From Parcubacteria bacterium C7867-008 (GTDB taxonomy: Bacteria; Patescibacteriota; Minisyncoccia; Phycocordibacterales; Phycocordibacteraceae): DNA of 64,000 nt. Of the stretch, positions 9,740 to 19,312 are shown piece by piece. The stretch is taken from the NCBI GenBank assembly GCA_001189215.1, contig LFCR01000006.1, forward strand, positions 840 through 64,839, in the 5' to 3' direction. The notes under the pieces were generated by a model. That model was given only the letters and a program-made list of their open reading frames with translations, ran no database searches and was not told the origin of the DNA. The position numbers were made by a program, and so were the translations under genes. Numbering within the stretch: the first letter of the stretch is position 1; each line of letters begins with the position of its first letter.

Positions 9740-10825
9740 ATGTCGTTATTTTCAAACCTATTCGGCAGCAAGAAAAGCAGGAGTGTTCTTGGTGTCGATA
9801 TAGGATCTTCTTCACTTAAAGTTGTCCAGCTTCGTCGTGATGGGGAAACTGCAGTTTTAGAGACCTACGGTGAGTTAGCACTGGGTCCGTATGCCGGTGG
9901 AGAAATAGGTCAGGCAACAAACCTTCCTGCAGCAAAGATTGCAGAGACTCTCAAAGATCTAATTCAAGAATCAAGTGTCACCACTACTGACTCTGGTATC
10001 TCTATTCCATTCTCACGTTCACTTCTAACACTCGTAGAATTACCGTATCGAGAGAATCCAGAGGAACAGAAGACAATGATCGAACTTGAAGCTCGTAAGT
10101 ATATTCCAGTGCCGGTTTCTGAAGTGCAACTAGATTGGTTCATCGTTCCAGAACCAGCTGCACAAGGTGCACCAACACCAACCAAGATGAAGGTGCTTAT
10201 TGTGGCGGTGCACAATGATCAACTTACTCTCCTGCAAAGCGTAATTGCTGGAGCAGGTCTCACTGCTACGTTCTACGAGATTGAGATTTTCAGTACTATT
10301 CGCTCTGTAGTTGATGAGCCAGTACTTCCCGTACTAATACTTGATATAGGTGCATCGGCAACAAAGGTATATGTGGTAGAGCATGGCGTTGTTGCGCTTT
10401 CGCACAATATTCCACAAGGAGGACAGGATGTAACACGCAGTATTGCTACCGCACACGGCTATTCCGTATCTAAAGCAGAAGCACTTAAGAAAGAGCATGG
10501 TTTTGCAGATGGGAAGGGAGTATACGAACGTAAGACTATTGAATTAATATTCTCGCGTATCTTTGAAGAGACAAAGCGTGTACTTACGCAGTTTGAAACT
10601 ACTCATCAAAAGACGATTTCCTGCATTGTCCTTACTGGCGGTGGCGGTGTTACTCCTGAATTGGTTAAGTATGCAAAGGAATTCTTTGCTCTTGATGTGA
10701 AACTTGCTGATCCGTTCGCAAAAACTCAGGCACCAGCATTCATGCGCCCGGTACTTGAGCAAATTGGGCCTGAGTTTGCAGTGGCAGTGGGTGTTGCACT
10801 ACGCAAACTTGAAGAAACTGCCTAA
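9740..10825 (+). CDS. pilM: type IV pilus assembly protein PilM
   Basis: Actin-like motifs LGVDIGSSSLKVV, LDIGASATK, VLTGGG and FAVAVGVALR. Confidence 0.93.
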   Translation: MSLFSNLFGSKKSRSVLGVDIGSSSLKVVQLRRDGETAVLETYGELALGPYAGGEIGQATNLPAAKIAETLKDLIQESSVTTTDSGISIPFSRSLLTLVELPYRENPEEQKTMIELEARKYIPVPVSEVQLDWFIVPEPAAQGAPTPTKMKVLIVAVHNDQLTLLQSVIAGAGLTATFYEIEIFSTIRSVVDEPVLPVLILDIGASATKVYVVEHGVVALSHNIPQGGQDVTRSIATAHGYSVSKAEALKKEHGFADGKGVYERKTIELIFSRIFEETKRVLTQFETTHQKTISCIVLTGGGGVTPELVKYAKEFFALDVKLADPFAKTQAPAFMRPVLEQIGPEFAVAVGVALRKLEETA

Positions 10826-10885
10826 CTTCATCTTGTGTGTATAACAGGAGACGTAAAGTTGCAGTAAATATCGTATACTCATAAG

Positions 10886-11536
10886 GTGGCTATTTCTCCT
10901 GGCATCCCAACCTCATTTGTTCCAAAACTTCCTGTGCAGGCGCCAAAGCGTCGCATGAGTTTTGCGAACAATCTATTTCTTCTGGTATCACTCGGTATCG
11001 GAGGGCTCGCTATTCTTGCAGCAGTACTTGTTCTCGCGTATGCACAATTCCTAATGCATATAGAAGACACAAAAGCAGCAGAACTTCAGAAGGAACAAGA
11101 ATCCGTTAGTGCTGAGACCGTTAAAGAATACGTACGACTCAAAGACCGATTTAATTCAGGCCAACAACTTCTTTCAAACCACATCACACTGTCTCGATTC
11201 TTCGATGAGCTTGAGGTCCTTACACTTCAGAATGTGCAATTTAATTCACTCCGTCTCTCAGTAGCGGGGGATGGTGCTGCAAAAATCGAGCTTGATGGTG
11301 CAGCAAAGAACTTCAATGCACTTGCGGTGCAGTCTAATGCGGTGGCAAGTGATAAGAAGATAAAACGAGCAATATTCTCTGGTATTCGTTTTGATTCAAA
11401 TACTGAGAAGTCTTCACGTATCTTGTTCAAACTTACCGCAGACCTTGAACCAGACTTGGTGCACGGTGCAACACCAACTCCAGCTGCAGTTCCAGCTGCA
11501 CCGGTCGTGCCTAGTGCAACCACCACAACGCCATGA
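10886..11536 (+). CDS. pilN: PilN-like alignment complex protein
   Basis: Single TM, coiled coil and ferredoxin-like C-terminus. Directly after pilM. Confidence 0.65.
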   Translation: MAISPGIPTSFVPKLPVQAPKRRMSFANNLFLLVSLGIGGLAILAAVLVLAYAQFLMHIEDTKAAELQKEQESVSAETVKEYVRLKDRFNSGQQLLSNHITLSRFFDELEVLTLQNVQFNSLRLSVAGDGAAKIELDGAAKNFNALAVQSNAVASDKKIKRAIFSGIRFDSNTEKSSRILFKLTADLEPDLVHGATPTPAAVPAAPVVPSATTTTP

Positions 11537-12096
11537 TCACTCGTCTCTTACCATTCGTAGCACTGCTTGTTGCTGGAGCACTTATCTTCGGCTACATCGT
11601 CCCTACCTATAAAGGCACTATCACTGCAACACAGGGTCGTATACAGAGTTACGAAAATGCTCTTGCGGCAGCAAAGCGTTTTTCACAGAAAGAAGCAGAT
11701 CTCGCGCAGCAGAGAGCTGCTATCGATCCACAACAGCTTGCACGACTTGAAAACTTCCTCCCTGATGGAGTTAATAACGTGCAACTCATTCTTGATATGG
11801 ATGGTCTTGCTGCGCGTTCTGGTATGACACTTTCAAATTTCAATATCGATACCTCTTCGGTGACAAATGGATCAGCTCCATTAAACCCTAATGCACTCGT
11901 ACTTGAATCAGGAGATCCGGTTGATTCTATTGAACTTTCTGTTGAAGCAACAGGAACGTACTCAGAGTTCCGTACATTCCTTGATGGAATCGAGCGTAGT
12001 CTTCGTCCACTTGATATTGTTAATATCGAGGTCTCAAGCGGAGCGAATGGTGTCTATCGATATGTATTGACCATGCGCATCTACTGGCTCCACTAA
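11533..12096 (+). CDS. pilO: PilO-like protein
   Basis: TM, coiled coil, FLP and GTYSEFRTFLDGIERSLR. ATGA overlap with pilN. Confidence 0.75.
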   Translation: MITRLLPFVALLVAGALIFGYIVPTYKGTITATQGRIQSYENALAAAKRFSQKEADLAQQRAAIDPQQLARLENFLPDGVNNVQLILDMDGLAARSGMTLSNFNIDTSSVTNGSAPLNPNALVLESGDPVDSIELSVEATGTYSEFRTFLDGIERSLRPLDIVNIEVSSGANGVYRYVLTMRIYWLH

Positions 12097-12102
12097 ACAC
12101 GT

Positions 12103-12408
12103 ATGCACTTAACTAAAAGCAACATCATACTCGCCATCGCTGCAGGCCTCACGCTTATTGCGGCAGTGTATTACTACTTCTTCTATAACCGCGATACGGG
12201 CCCTGCGGTGGTAGTAGCCGCTCCTGCAAGCGCTGCAGAACTCGACTTTGTGAATCTCGTAGTGCAAATCGACAGTATCTCTTTCAACACGGCTATCTTC
12301 TCTGATCCTCGTTTTACTTCTCTTGTTGATATTCACACTATCGTTGTTCCTGAAGCAGCAGGTCGTCGTGACCCCTTTGCTGCGCTCCCTGGAGCTATTG
12401 CACCGTAG
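12103..12408 (+). CDS. small pilus-locus protein in the PilP position
   Basis: N-terminal TM and a C-terminal GRRDPF motif as in PilP-like proteins. Confidence 0.65.
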   Translation: MHLTKSNIILAIAAGLTLIAAVYYYFFYNRDTGPAVVVAAPASAAELDFVNLVVQIDSISFNTAIFSDPRFTSLVDIHTIVVPEAAGRRDPFAALPGAIAP

Positions 12409-12464
12409 TTGTTTTTCCTTGTCGCTGCGTACGCGCGGCAGCAAGGTATATGTATAATGGATAC

Positions 12465-12497
12465 ATGATGCGCATGCGCTGCACAGTCTCTGTATGA
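12465..12497 (+). CDS. putative leaderless uORF MMRMRCTVSV coupled to pilB
   Basis: TATAAT (12453-12458), 6 nt, then ATG. Its TGA overlaps the pilB ATG (ATGA). Confidence 0.35.
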   Translation: MMRMRCTVSV

Positions 12498-14260
12498 ACG
12501 TACTCTCCATTCTCACAGATGCGGGACTATTGAAAGCGGAAGACGCTACAGCAATTGCAGAAGAAGCACGTGCCACGCAAACACCAATCGAAACGATACT
12601 TGATAAGCGCGGCATCACGATAGAGCAAATCCTTGCGAAGGAGAGTGAAAAATACGGACTCCCAGCGCGCGCAGTCCCAAATGCTCCACGTGGTAGGGAG
12701 GTGCTTGATCATATTCCAGAGGAGTCAGCGCGGCACTACGGATTTGCACCACTCGCAGTGGTCGATGGTGCGCTTGAAGTGGGTATTATTGATCCTGACA
12801 ATATTGAAGCACTGGATGCGCTTCAGTTTATTTCAAGCAGAGTTGGACTTCCATACAAGTTGTTCCTCATAAGTCAGGCAGATTTTGATAAAGTTCTTGA
12901 AGAATATGGCAGTCTTTCTGAAGAGGTTGGAACGGCGCTATCTGAACTCGAACCAGCTGCTGAAACAGAAGAAGCTAAAGGTAAGGATGGGCAGGTAGAG
13001 ACGGTAATTAAAGAGGATGCGCCAGTTACGAAGATTGTTGCAACGATACTTAGGTACGCGGTAGAAGGGGGTGCCAGTGATATTCACATTGAGCCTGGTA
13101 TAGATAAAACTCATGTTCGCTTCCGTATGGATGGTGATCTGCACACATCACTGGAACTACCGGTGAAAGTGCACCCTGCAGTGGTTGCGCGTATCAAGAT
13201 TCTTTCGCAGATGCGTCTCGACGAGAAACGTAAGCCACAAGACGGTCGTTTCTCGGCACAAGTCGAAGGACGTCGTATCGATTTTCGTGTGTCTACCTTC
13301 CCAACCCAAGGAGGAGAGAAGGTGGTAATGCGTATCTTGGACCGTTCAAAATCAGTAGCAACACTAGAAAGCCTTGGTTTTTCAGAGAAGGATTTCCAAA
13401 TCATAAAGGAGTCACTTGATCGACCATACGGCATCATTCTTATCTCTGGACCTACCGGATCTGGTAAATCAACCACATTGTTCGCGATGCTTTCTGCCAT
13501 TGATCGTGAGACCCAGAACGTTGTCTCGCTTGAAGATCCGGTTGAGTATGAAGTCCCTGGTGTATCACAATCTCAAGTGCATCCTGAAATTGGCTATACT
13601 TTTGCTTCAGGTCTTCGTTCCATTCTTCGTCAGGACCCTGACGTGATCATGGTGGGAGAGATTCGCGATAAAGAGACGGCGCAGCTCGCCATTCAAGCTG
13701 CTCTTACAGGACACCTTGTGTTCTCAACTATTCACACGAATACTGCAGCGGGTGTAATTCCACGTCTCGTGGATATGGGTGTGGATCCCTATCTCATTGC
13801 GCCAACGCTTATTGCAGCTATTGGCCAGCGTTTGGTGCGCAAGCTCTGTCCTGGTGCAGGGGTACCTCAGCCTATTAGTCCAAGTATTAAACTGCTGCTT
13901 GAGAAGGAATTCTCAGATCTTCCACCTGAACATCGCCAGAACCTTCCTGCATTTGATACCGCATTTGAAGCTACCACCACCGCAGATTGTCCAAACGGTA
14001 CTCGTGGGCGTCTTGCGGTGTTTGAAATTCTTCGTATGGATAAGGATCTAGAACGCGTGGTGCTTGAAGACCCAGTAGAGGAAAAAGTATATGCAGCGGC
14101 ACGTGAGAAAGGCATGTTTACGATGCGTGAGGATGCTATCATGAAAGCACTCGCCGGTCAGATTCCGTTCGAGGAAGTGAACACGCTCGGTGGCGCGCTC
14201 CTTGCAGAAAGTGATCCGGAACCGGAAAACAATCCTGAAGCAGCTGCCGCAGCACCCTAG
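12494..14260 (+). CDS. pilB: type IV pilus extension ATPase PilB (GspE family)
   Basis: ASDIHIEP, PQDGRF, GPTGSGKSTT, LEDPVE, LRQDPDVIMVGEIRD, TGHLVFSTIHTN. Confidence 0.95.
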   Translation: MNVLSILTDAGLLKAEDATAIAEEARATQTPIETILDKRGITIEQILAKESEKYGLPARAVPNAPRGREVLDHIPEESARHYGFAPLAVVDGALEVGIIDPDNIEALDALQFISSRVGLPYKLFLISQADFDKVLEEYGSLSEEVGTALSELEPAAETEEAKGKDGQVETVIKEDAPVTKIVATILRYAVEGGASDIHIEPGIDKTHVRFRMDGDLHTSLELPVKVHPAVVARIKILSQMRLDEKRKPQDGRFSAQVEGRRIDFRVSTFPTQGGEKVVMRILDRSKSVATLESLGFSEKDFQIIKESLDRPYGIILISGPTGSGKSTTLFAMLSAIDRETQNVVSLEDPVEYEVPGVSQSQVHPEIGYTFASGLRSILRQDPDVIMVGEIRDKETAQLAIQAALTGHLVFSTIHTNTAAGVIPRLVDMGVDPYLIAPTLIAAIGQRLVRKLCPGAGVPQPISPSIKLLLEKEFSDLPPEHRQNLPAFDTAFEATTTADCPNGTRGRLAVFEILRMDKDLERVVLEDPVEEKVYAAAREKGMFTMREDAIMKALAGQIPFEEVNTLGGALLAESDPEPENNPEAAAAAP

Positions 14261-14281
14261 CAACTTTTGATATCTATTCTT

Positions 14282-14668
14282 ATGGCCTCTCAGTATCGTA
14301 TCTTTCTCGTTGATGATGACCGTTTTCTTCTCGACATGTATGCCGTGAAGTTTAAGGCTGCTGGCCATGAAGTAACGGCATTCCAGGCGGGTATGCTTGC
14401 ACTTGAAGCGTTACGCACAGGTCCAGCACCTGACGCGCTTCTTCTTGATATCGTAATGCCTGAGATAGACGGGTTCGGTGTACTAGAGACTATTCGCAAA
14501 GAAAATCTTATCCCAACCACAAAGATCATCGTACTTTCGAATCAGGGACAGGAATCTGACATTGAACACGCTAACAAGCTTGGCGTTGCGGGGTACATCA
14601 TCAAGGCATCAGCTATTCCTTCCGAAGTATTCTCTGAAACTATTCGAATAATTGAGAAGCCCGCATGA
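14282..14668 (+). CDS. single-domain response regulator (CheY-like)
   Basis: LVDDD, LLLDIVMP, VLSN, YIIK. Confidence 0.92.
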   Translation: MASQYRIFLVDDDRFLLDMYAVKFKAAGHEVTAFQAGMLALEALRTGPAPDALLLDIVMPEIDGFGVLETIRKENLIPTTKIIVLSNQGQESDIEHANKLGVAGYIIKASAIPSEVFSETIRIIEKPA

Positions 14669-15729
14669 GTGGAGCTACCTCCAAAATCGGACCGCTTCTA
14701 GATACCGTTATAAGCGAGGGTGGGTCAGACCTACACCTTTCTGTTGGATCACATCCAATCATCCGTGTGTCTGGTTCTCTCGTACCACTCTTGCAGCATC
14801 CTGTTCTTACAAAAGAAGACACCATGGAGATGTTGAATGCTATGGTGCCTCAAGAGCGTCTTGAGACGTTTGCAAAGGTTCAGTCGGTAGACTTTTCATA
14901 CTCCCATACTGAACAGTCTCGTTTCCGTGTGAACGGATATGTGGTGCAAGGACGTGTGACCATGGCGCTCCGTCTTATCCCACGCGAAACCTTCACTTTC
15001 GCAAACCTAAACCTACCGCCTATTCTTGAAGTGTTTACGCAGCGTACCCAAGGATTCTTCCTTATTGTGGGTCCAGTGGGGCAGGGAAAGTCCACAACGA
15101 TGGCAGCGATTATCGATCGCATCAATGAGACACGTGCAGAACACATCCTTACTATTGAAGATCCTGTGGAATATTTGTTCGAACAGAAGAAGTCTCTTAT
15201 TCATCAGCGTGAAGTACACGTAGATGCACCAGACTTCCAGAGCGCACTGCAGGCAGCATTCCGTGAAGATATGAACGTGATCATGGTGGGTGAGATGCGT
15301 GATCAGGAGACTATCTCTTCAGCCGTAACCGCTGCAGAAACTGGCCACCTTGTCCTTTCAACACTGCATACCAACAATGCAGCACAGACGATCGATCGTA
15401 TCATCGATATGTTCCCTGCAACACAGCAGGATCAGGTCCGTGTGCAGCTTGCAGCATCACTTGCAGGTATCTTCTCGCAGCGTCTTGTCCCACGCATCCA
15501 GGGAGGACTTATCCCTGCATACGAGCTTCTCATTAACAACAACGCCGTTGCTAACCTTATTCGTGAGGGGCGTACCCATGAGATCACCACGGTTGTACAA
15601 ACAAGCTCCCAGGAAGGAATGGTTGATATGGATCGTTCATTGGCCGAACTTGTGCGTCGTGGAGAAGTTACGATTGAACACGCATACGAACGCTCGCTCG
15701 ACCCTAAGACATTTGAACGTTATCTTTAG
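14665..15729 (+). CDS. pilT: type IV pilus retraction ATPase PilT
   Basis: GSDLHL, GPVGQGKSTT, TIEDPVE, QREV, GEMRD, AAETGHLVLSTLHT, NLIREG. Confidence 0.95.
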   Translation: MSGATSKIGPLLDTVISEGGSDLHLSVGSHPIIRVSGSLVPLLQHPVLTKEDTMEMLNAMVPQERLETFAKVQSVDFSYSHTEQSRFRVNGYVVQGRVTMALRLIPRETFTFANLNLPPILEVFTQRTQGFFLIVGPVGQGKSTTMAAIIDRINETRAEHILTIEDPVEYLFEQKKSLIHQREVHVDAPDFQSALQAAFREDMNVIMVGEMRDQETISSAVTAAETGHLVLSTLHTNNAAQTIDRIIDMFPATQQDQVRVQLAASLAGIFSQRLVPRIQGGLIPAYELLINNNAVANLIREGRTHEITTVVQTSSQEGMVDMDRSLAELVRRGEVTIEHAYERSLDPKTFERYL

Positions 15730-15732
15730 CCT

Positions 15733-16944
15733 ATGCTTTTTGCCTATCGCGCTCTTGATGCAGATGGACATGAACGCTCAGGAAGCGTTGAAGCGCTTTC
15801 ACAGGATGTTGCGGTATCAACACTGCAACGCCGTAACCTGATCGTCTCGTCTATCGAGCCGATGGTGAAAGAGAAGGGGTTGGCAATGAACCTCGACTTT
15901 ATCTTCAGTCACGTCTCTAACAAAGAGGTCGTGATTCTTTCACGTCAGATAGCAACACTCTTCGAGGCGCAGGTGTCTGCGCTCCGCATTTTCCGTCTCC
16001 TTGCTTCGGAGGTGGACAACAAGATACTTGGCGAGATCATGACCCAGGTTGCTGATGATCTTCAAGGCGGAAGTCCGATATCTAAAGCACTTGCACGACA
16101 TCCGAAGGTATTCACTGGTTTCTATGTGAACATGGTGCGATCCGGTGAAGAGTCTGGAAAGCTCTCTGAGACATTCGGGTACCTCGCAGACTATCTTGAT
16201 CGTACCTATGAAGTGATGAGTAAGGCACAAAACGCACTTATCTACCCTGCATTCGTTATCGGGGTGTTCTTTGTGGTTATGGGACTCATGCTCACTGTGG
16301 TTATTCCAAAGATCAGTGTGATTCTCCTTGAATCAGGCCAAGAAGTGCCTCTCTACACAAAGATTGTTATCGGGGTTTCTAATTTCTTGGTGCACTATGG
16401 CTTCCTCTTTATTCTTGCGATGGTTGCTGGGGTAGTGGTTGCCTACCGCATGCTTCAGACAGAGAACGGTAAACTTTTCTTCGATAGTCTCAAACTCGAC
16501 TTACCGTATATTGGTGATCTGTATTCAAAGCTCTATCTCTCACGAATTGCAGATAACTTTGCAACGATGCTTGTTTCCGGTGTGCCACCAGTGGAAGCCG
16601 TGGAAACAACTGCTGCGGTGGTCGGTAGTGCAACCTTCCAAGATCTTCTTCGTGAAGCTGCAGAAGAAGTGAAGGGAGGTGTACCTATATCTGAAGCCTT
16701 GGGTAAGCACCCAGAAATTCCAGGCATCATGGTGGCCATGATCCGTGTGGGTGAGGAAACAGGAGAACTTGGAAACATTCTAAATACTCTTGGTAAGTTC
16801 TATCGTCGTGAAGTGTCTAACTCTGTTGATACCTTGGTGGGTCTTATTGAGCCACTCATGATCGTTTTCCTTGGCCTTGGTGTTGGTACTTTGCTCGCAT
16901 CGGTGATGATTCCGATCTACAACCTTGCGGGTGCAATCAACTAA
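15733..16944 (+). CDS. pilC: type IV pilus platform protein PilC (T2SS F family)
   Basis: Two T2SSF repeats: SRQIATL, GEESGKL, ALIYP, GEETGEL, LIEP. Confidence 0.95.
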   Translation: MLFAYRALDADGHERSGSVEALSQDVAVSTLQRRNLIVSSIEPMVKEKGLAMNLDFIFSHVSNKEVVILSRQIATLFEAQVSALRIFRLLASEVDNKILGEIMTQVADDLQGGSPISKALARHPKVFTGFYVNMVRSGEESGKLSETFGYLADYLDRTYEVMSKAQNALIYPAFVIGVFFVVMGLMLTVVIPKISVILLESGQEVPLYTKIVIGVSNFLVHYGFLFILAMVAGVVVAYRMLQTENGKLFFDSLKLDLPYIGDLYSKLYLSRIADNFATMLVSGVPPVEAVETTAAVVGSATFQDLLREAAEEVKGGVPISEALGKHPEIPGIMVAMIRVGEETGELGNILNTLGKFYRREVSNSVDTLVGLIEPLMIVFLGLGVGTLLASVMIPIYNLAGAIN

Positions 16945-17047
16945 ATAAAGGCATTATCCACACGTTAGCGCATATGTATGTATTCTTCACGTACAATACA
17001 TATAGCGGAACATTACTCGTAACCCGCATAACTTACTTAATCAAACT

Positions 17048-17551
17048 ATGACATCTGTATCTTCTGCGGCACGACGCGGTTTCACTCTCATCGAGCTCCT
17101 CGTCGTTATCGCCATCATCGGTATTCTCTCTTCTGTAGTGCTCGCATCTCTCAACACAGCACGTAACAAGGGAGCTGACGCTTCAGTGAAATCAAACCTC
17201 GGCGAAGCACGCGCTCAGGCTGAACTTTTCTACGACGCAAACGGTAACAAGTACCTTGTCGCTGCAGGTGCAACTACTGACGTTTGTGCTCCTACTGGCC
17301 TCGTTGGCGGTGTTAAGGGTATTGCAACATCAGTAACTGCAGCAGCTGCTGCAACTGGCGCAACATACACCGGTACACTTGCTAACCCTAGTACCGCTAC
17401 TGTTGCTGCTTGTCACGCACTTGCTGACGGTAGCGCATGGGCAGCTTCTGCTCCTCTCAAGGCAACTACGGGTTACTACTGTGTTGACAGCACTGGTAAC
17501 GCTACCAGCACTGCAACAGCACTTGCTGGAGGTATTGCAGTTTGCAGCTAG
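17048..17551 (+). CDS. type IV pilin 1, probable major pilin
   Basis: G|FTLIELLVVIAIIGIL, four Cys, leadered 5' region and its own terminator. Confidence 0.93.
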   Translation: MTSVSSAARRGFTLIELLVVIAIIGILSSVVLASLNTARNKGADASVKSNLGEARAQAELFYDANGNKYLVAAGATTDVCAPTGLVGGVKGIATSVTAAAAATGATYTGTLANPSTATVAACHALADGSAWAASAPLKATTGYYCVDSTGNATSTATALAGGIAVCS

Positions 17552-17577
17552 TCTCCAACTGGCAACTCTTGTGCGGA

Positions 17578-17603
17578 AAGAAAGCGCCGAAAGGCGCTTT
17601 CTT
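17578..17603 (+). terminator. intrinsic terminator after pilin 1
   Basis: Perfect 11-bp stem AAGAAAGCGCC-GAAA-GGCGCTTTCTT. Confidence 0.8.
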
Positions 17604-17662
17604 CATATACGTAATCCCCACGGAGTAGGAGGGGGTATAAAGTATCTCGTATACTGAAACGT

Positions 17663-18169
17663 ATGACTCCTTCGTGCGCTCATACGCGCGGTTTCACTCT
17701 CATCGAGCTCCTCGTCGTTATCGCCATCATCGGTATTCTCTCTTCTGTGGTGCTCGGGGCTCTTAATTCAGCGCGCAACAAAGCAGCCGATGCAGCCATA
17801 AAATCGAATCTAGAAAATGCACGAAAGCAAGCAGCACTTTTTTATGAAACGAACGGCGGTAGGTATGTTGGTGCTGCAGGTACTGCAACAGACGTTTGTT
17901 CGCCACTTGCTTCGGTCGGGAGCCCTGCGGTAAAAGGTATTTACGGTTATGTTTCTGCTGCTGCAACTGCAGCCGGCATCTCACCCACAGTAGTCATGAA
18001 TGGTACTGATAGTTCAGCAATCGCTGCTGCTTGTCATGCAAATGCTGCGGTGTGGGGAGCTGAGGTACCACTCAAATCCAATCCCTCACTTAATTTTTGC
18101 GTCGATAATTATGGGACTGCAACCATTACTCCAACGGTTCTTAATGGTGCTTTTGCTACGTGCAGCTAA
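17663..18169 (+). CDS. type IV pilin 2
   Basis: GFTLIELLVV prepilin motif; paralog of pilin 1. Confidence 0.92.
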   Translation: MTPSCAHTRGFTLIELLVVIAIIGILSSVVLGALNSARNKAADAAIKSNLENARKQAALFYETNGGRYVGAAGTATDVCSPLASVGSPAVKGIYGYVSAAATAAGISPTVVMNGTDSSAIAAACHANAAVWGAEVPLKSNPSLNFCVDNYGTATITPTVLNGAFATCS

Positions 18170-18217
18170 TCCACATGTACATAGGAATGAATAGCAACAT
18201 ATACGTATAATACGTAT

Positions 18218-18718
18218 ATGACTTCACTACGCGTGTTCACACGCGGTTTCACTCTCATCGAGCTCCTCGTCGTTATCGCCATCATCGGTATTCTCTCTTC
18301 TGTGGTGCTCGCATCTCTCAACACAGCACGTAACAAGGGAGTTGATGCTGCGGTAAAGACAAATCTTGGTGAAGCACGTGGTCAAGCTGAACTTTTCTAC
18401 GACGCAAATAATTTTCACTATGTGGGGACAGCAGGTACGGTTGATGATGTTTGTTTCTCAGGTGCATCAGTAGGAGGTGTACGTGGTATCTATGGATCAG
18501 TATCTTTTGCAGGAACATCTAGCGGTGGTTCACCAACAGTTGCAATGACAGGTTCCCCGAGTTCTCCAACAGAAGCTGCGTGTCATGCGGACATGACTGC
18601 ATGGGCAGCATCAGCTCCTCTTCGTCATCAGGTGAATATGTATTACTGCGTAGATAGCACGGGTATTGCGACCGTTACACCAAACGTTCTTCCTGCAGGC
18701 CAGTTGTATTGCAGCTAA
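18218..18718 (+). CDS. type IV pilin 3
   Basis: GFTLIELLVV prepilin motif; paralog of pilin 1. Confidence 0.92.
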   Translation: MTSLRVFTRGFTLIELLVVIAIIGILSSVVLASLNTARNKGVDAAVKTNLGEARGQAELFYDANNFHYVGTAGTVDDVCFSGASVGGVRGIYGSVSFAGTSSGGSPTVAMTGSPSSPTEAACHADMTAWAASAPLRHQVNMYYCVDSTGIATVTPNVLPAGQLYCS

Positions 18719-18766
18719 TCCCCATATCGGTAGGAGGGAATACCTATATATACGTATAATACGTAT

Positions 18767-19306
18767 ATGACTTCACTACGCGTGTTCACACGCGGTTTCA
18801 CTCTCATCGAGCTCCTCGTCGTTATCGCCATCATCGGTGTACTCTCAAGTATTGTTCTTTCATCACTGAACCAAGCAAGGAATAAAGGTAATGACGCTGC
18901 AGTGAAATCAAACCTTGATAATGCGCGTGCACAGGCGCAGCTTTTCTATGACACCAATGGAAATCGTTTCGTGGTAACACCAGGAACCGCAACTGATGTG
19001 TGTGCAGCAACAGCGTCAGTCGGCTCCCCAGCGGTTTCTGGCGTCTTTAGTTTCGTAGCAGCAGCTGCGCGTGCAGCAGGCTATGGAACGGTAAATAACA
19101 CTATTACCGTTACGGGCGGGGCAGCAGTTGTAACGTGTCACGCGTGTTATACCGGTCAGGCCAGTACGGACTGCACGACAGAAGGACGCTGGGCAGCTGA
19201 AGCACCTCTCAAAACAACTGGTCAGGTGTATTGTGTGGACTCTTCTGGTTTAGCAAGTACTACCACTCAAACACTTGGTGCAGGTGATACTAAATGCGCT
19301 GGATAA
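18767..19306 (+). CDS. type IV pilin 4
   Basis: GFTLIELLVV prepilin motif and an extra Cys pair (CHACYTGQASTDC). Confidence 0.92.
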   Translation: MTSLRVFTRGFTLIELLVVIAIIGVLSSIVLSSLNQARNKGNDAAVKSNLDNARAQAQLFYDTNGNRFVVTPGTATDVCAATASVGSPAVSGVFSFVAAAARAAGYGTVNNTITVTGGAAVVTCHACYTGQASTDCTTEGRWAAEAPLKTTGQVYCVDSSGLASTTTQTLGAGDTKCAG

Positions 19307-19312
19307 GCTTTC

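Larger units (their letters stand above)
17075..18838 (+). repeat. four identical 48-bp direct repeats in the pilin 5' ends (17075-17122, 17687-17734, 18242-18289, 18791-18838)
   Basis: CGCGGTTTCACTCTCATCGAGCTCCTCGTCGTTATCGCCATCATCGGT reads identically in all four genes. Confidence 0.92.

Noticed and set aside
17075-18838. Pilin repeats as a CRISPR array or a diversity-generating retroelement TR/VR pair
   Set aside because: The repeats are in-frame coding sequence about 550-610 bp apart, with no adenine-specific mismatch pattern and no cas or reverse transcriptase gene in the window.
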